Shown in pieces: positions 50,248-50,886 of a stretch of DNA of 50,886 bases. Under the pieces are notes generated by a model. That model was not told the origin of the DNA and did no database searches. It saw only the letters and a program-made list of their open reading frames with translations. Source of the DNA: Nemertoderma westbladi. Taxonomy: Eukaryota; Animalia; Xenacoelomorpha. Both the position numbers and the translations under genes were made by a program. The stretch spans positions 1 to 50,886 of the forward strand of contig JAUCBJ010009160.1 in the NCBI GenBank assembly GCA_032718475.1, read 5' to 3'. How positions within the stretch are numbered: the first letter of the stretch is position 1; each line of letters opens with the position of its first letter.

Positions 50248-50886
50248 CTACTACTACCTCTACTCTGCTAATACTAACCCTAATTAACATACCCTACTCT
50301 TAAATCAAACACGTCATCACGCACGTGCCCTACTTATTCAACGCACCCCCTGTACCCTTCTCATCTCTCCCATCTTCCTCCTCTAGCTTGTCTCTTGTTC
50401 CTCTACTGTTCTCACCCTACTTGTTTGTTCTTGGTTGTCTATACTGCGGATATTTTGTAATGGGGGAATGTCACCCTGTCCCCCCCCCCCACCAGTGTTA
50501 TGTCTGGTACTGGGGCTGATGTTAATATATTGGGGCCCATCCATCTATCTGCAATATCCCCCTCAACCGGGTATATGTTATGTCCCTGTGTATTATAGTC
50601 ATGCTGCTCGTACCGATATAGGCCTACCCACTTCTTGCCTACCTACCGGTATGTACTCCGCGACTTCCGGGTTTAATCCCGTCGTCCGCGCTACCCTATC
50701 GCCTATTCTATCTCTCCCAGCATGGCCTATAATAGTATGTGCAGTAAGGCCTACAGTATGTCCTGCAGTCTGCATGTGCCCTTCCGAACCGAAGTTTAAT
50801 TCTCTCGAATCTCGAATCTCCCCGCGACTACCGTACTCTCGATCGGCAGCTACATCCCGTCGGGAAGTTTCTCTTCGATCCCCTAT

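Larger units (their letters stand above)
48100..50886 (-). other. Degraded R/E/G-rich coding-like sequence (possible retroelement gag/ORF1 remnant) interrupted by tandem arrays
   Basis: A 95-codon stop-free frame at 50886-50599 includes GLNPEVAEYIP. Further charged stretches lie at ~48980-48830 (VDREVDTQESWEKLEADRLEGKRLEEVARRERRRE) and 48546-48166. No diagnostic domain. Confidence 0.25.

Noticed and set aside
49777-50303. Four overlapping repetitive ORFs (e.g. YYVPSYYVYLHGAYGAHNHKR)
   Set aside because: The 63-bp unit is a multiple of 3 and open in several frames; no splice or start context supports one.

Overview
Eukaryotic, most likely invertebrate animal, genomic DNA; no bacterial genes, RNA genes or CRISPR arrays. 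About 36.3 kb (1119-37415, with a 100-N scaffold gap) is one very homogeneous 22-bp satellite (CCTTACCCAAGGTCGTGTCTGT), and all the giant ORFs over it are artefacts of a stop-free monomer. The main observation is that the monomer appears to be a piece of retrotransposon coding sequence. It reads R-S-C-L-S-L-P-K-V and runs, across a frameshift, into ALRCCPP... of a 5'-truncated CRE-like (restriction-like endonuclease) non-LTR element at 37388-38674. The same pattern recurs in the last 13 kb: the 3' 66 bp of an RTE-like LINE, tail included, is reiterated 8 times; the CRE Zn-knuckle segment is triplicated; and a 56-bp array grows out of a coding-like fragment. Further 36-, ~40- and 63-bp arrays have hairpin-containing monomers. 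The only host gene seen is the 3' part (3 coding exons, minus strand) of a CA10/CA11-like alpha-carbonic anhydrase-related protein, whose introns hold several of these arrays. Family assignments come from recalled motifs, not database searches.
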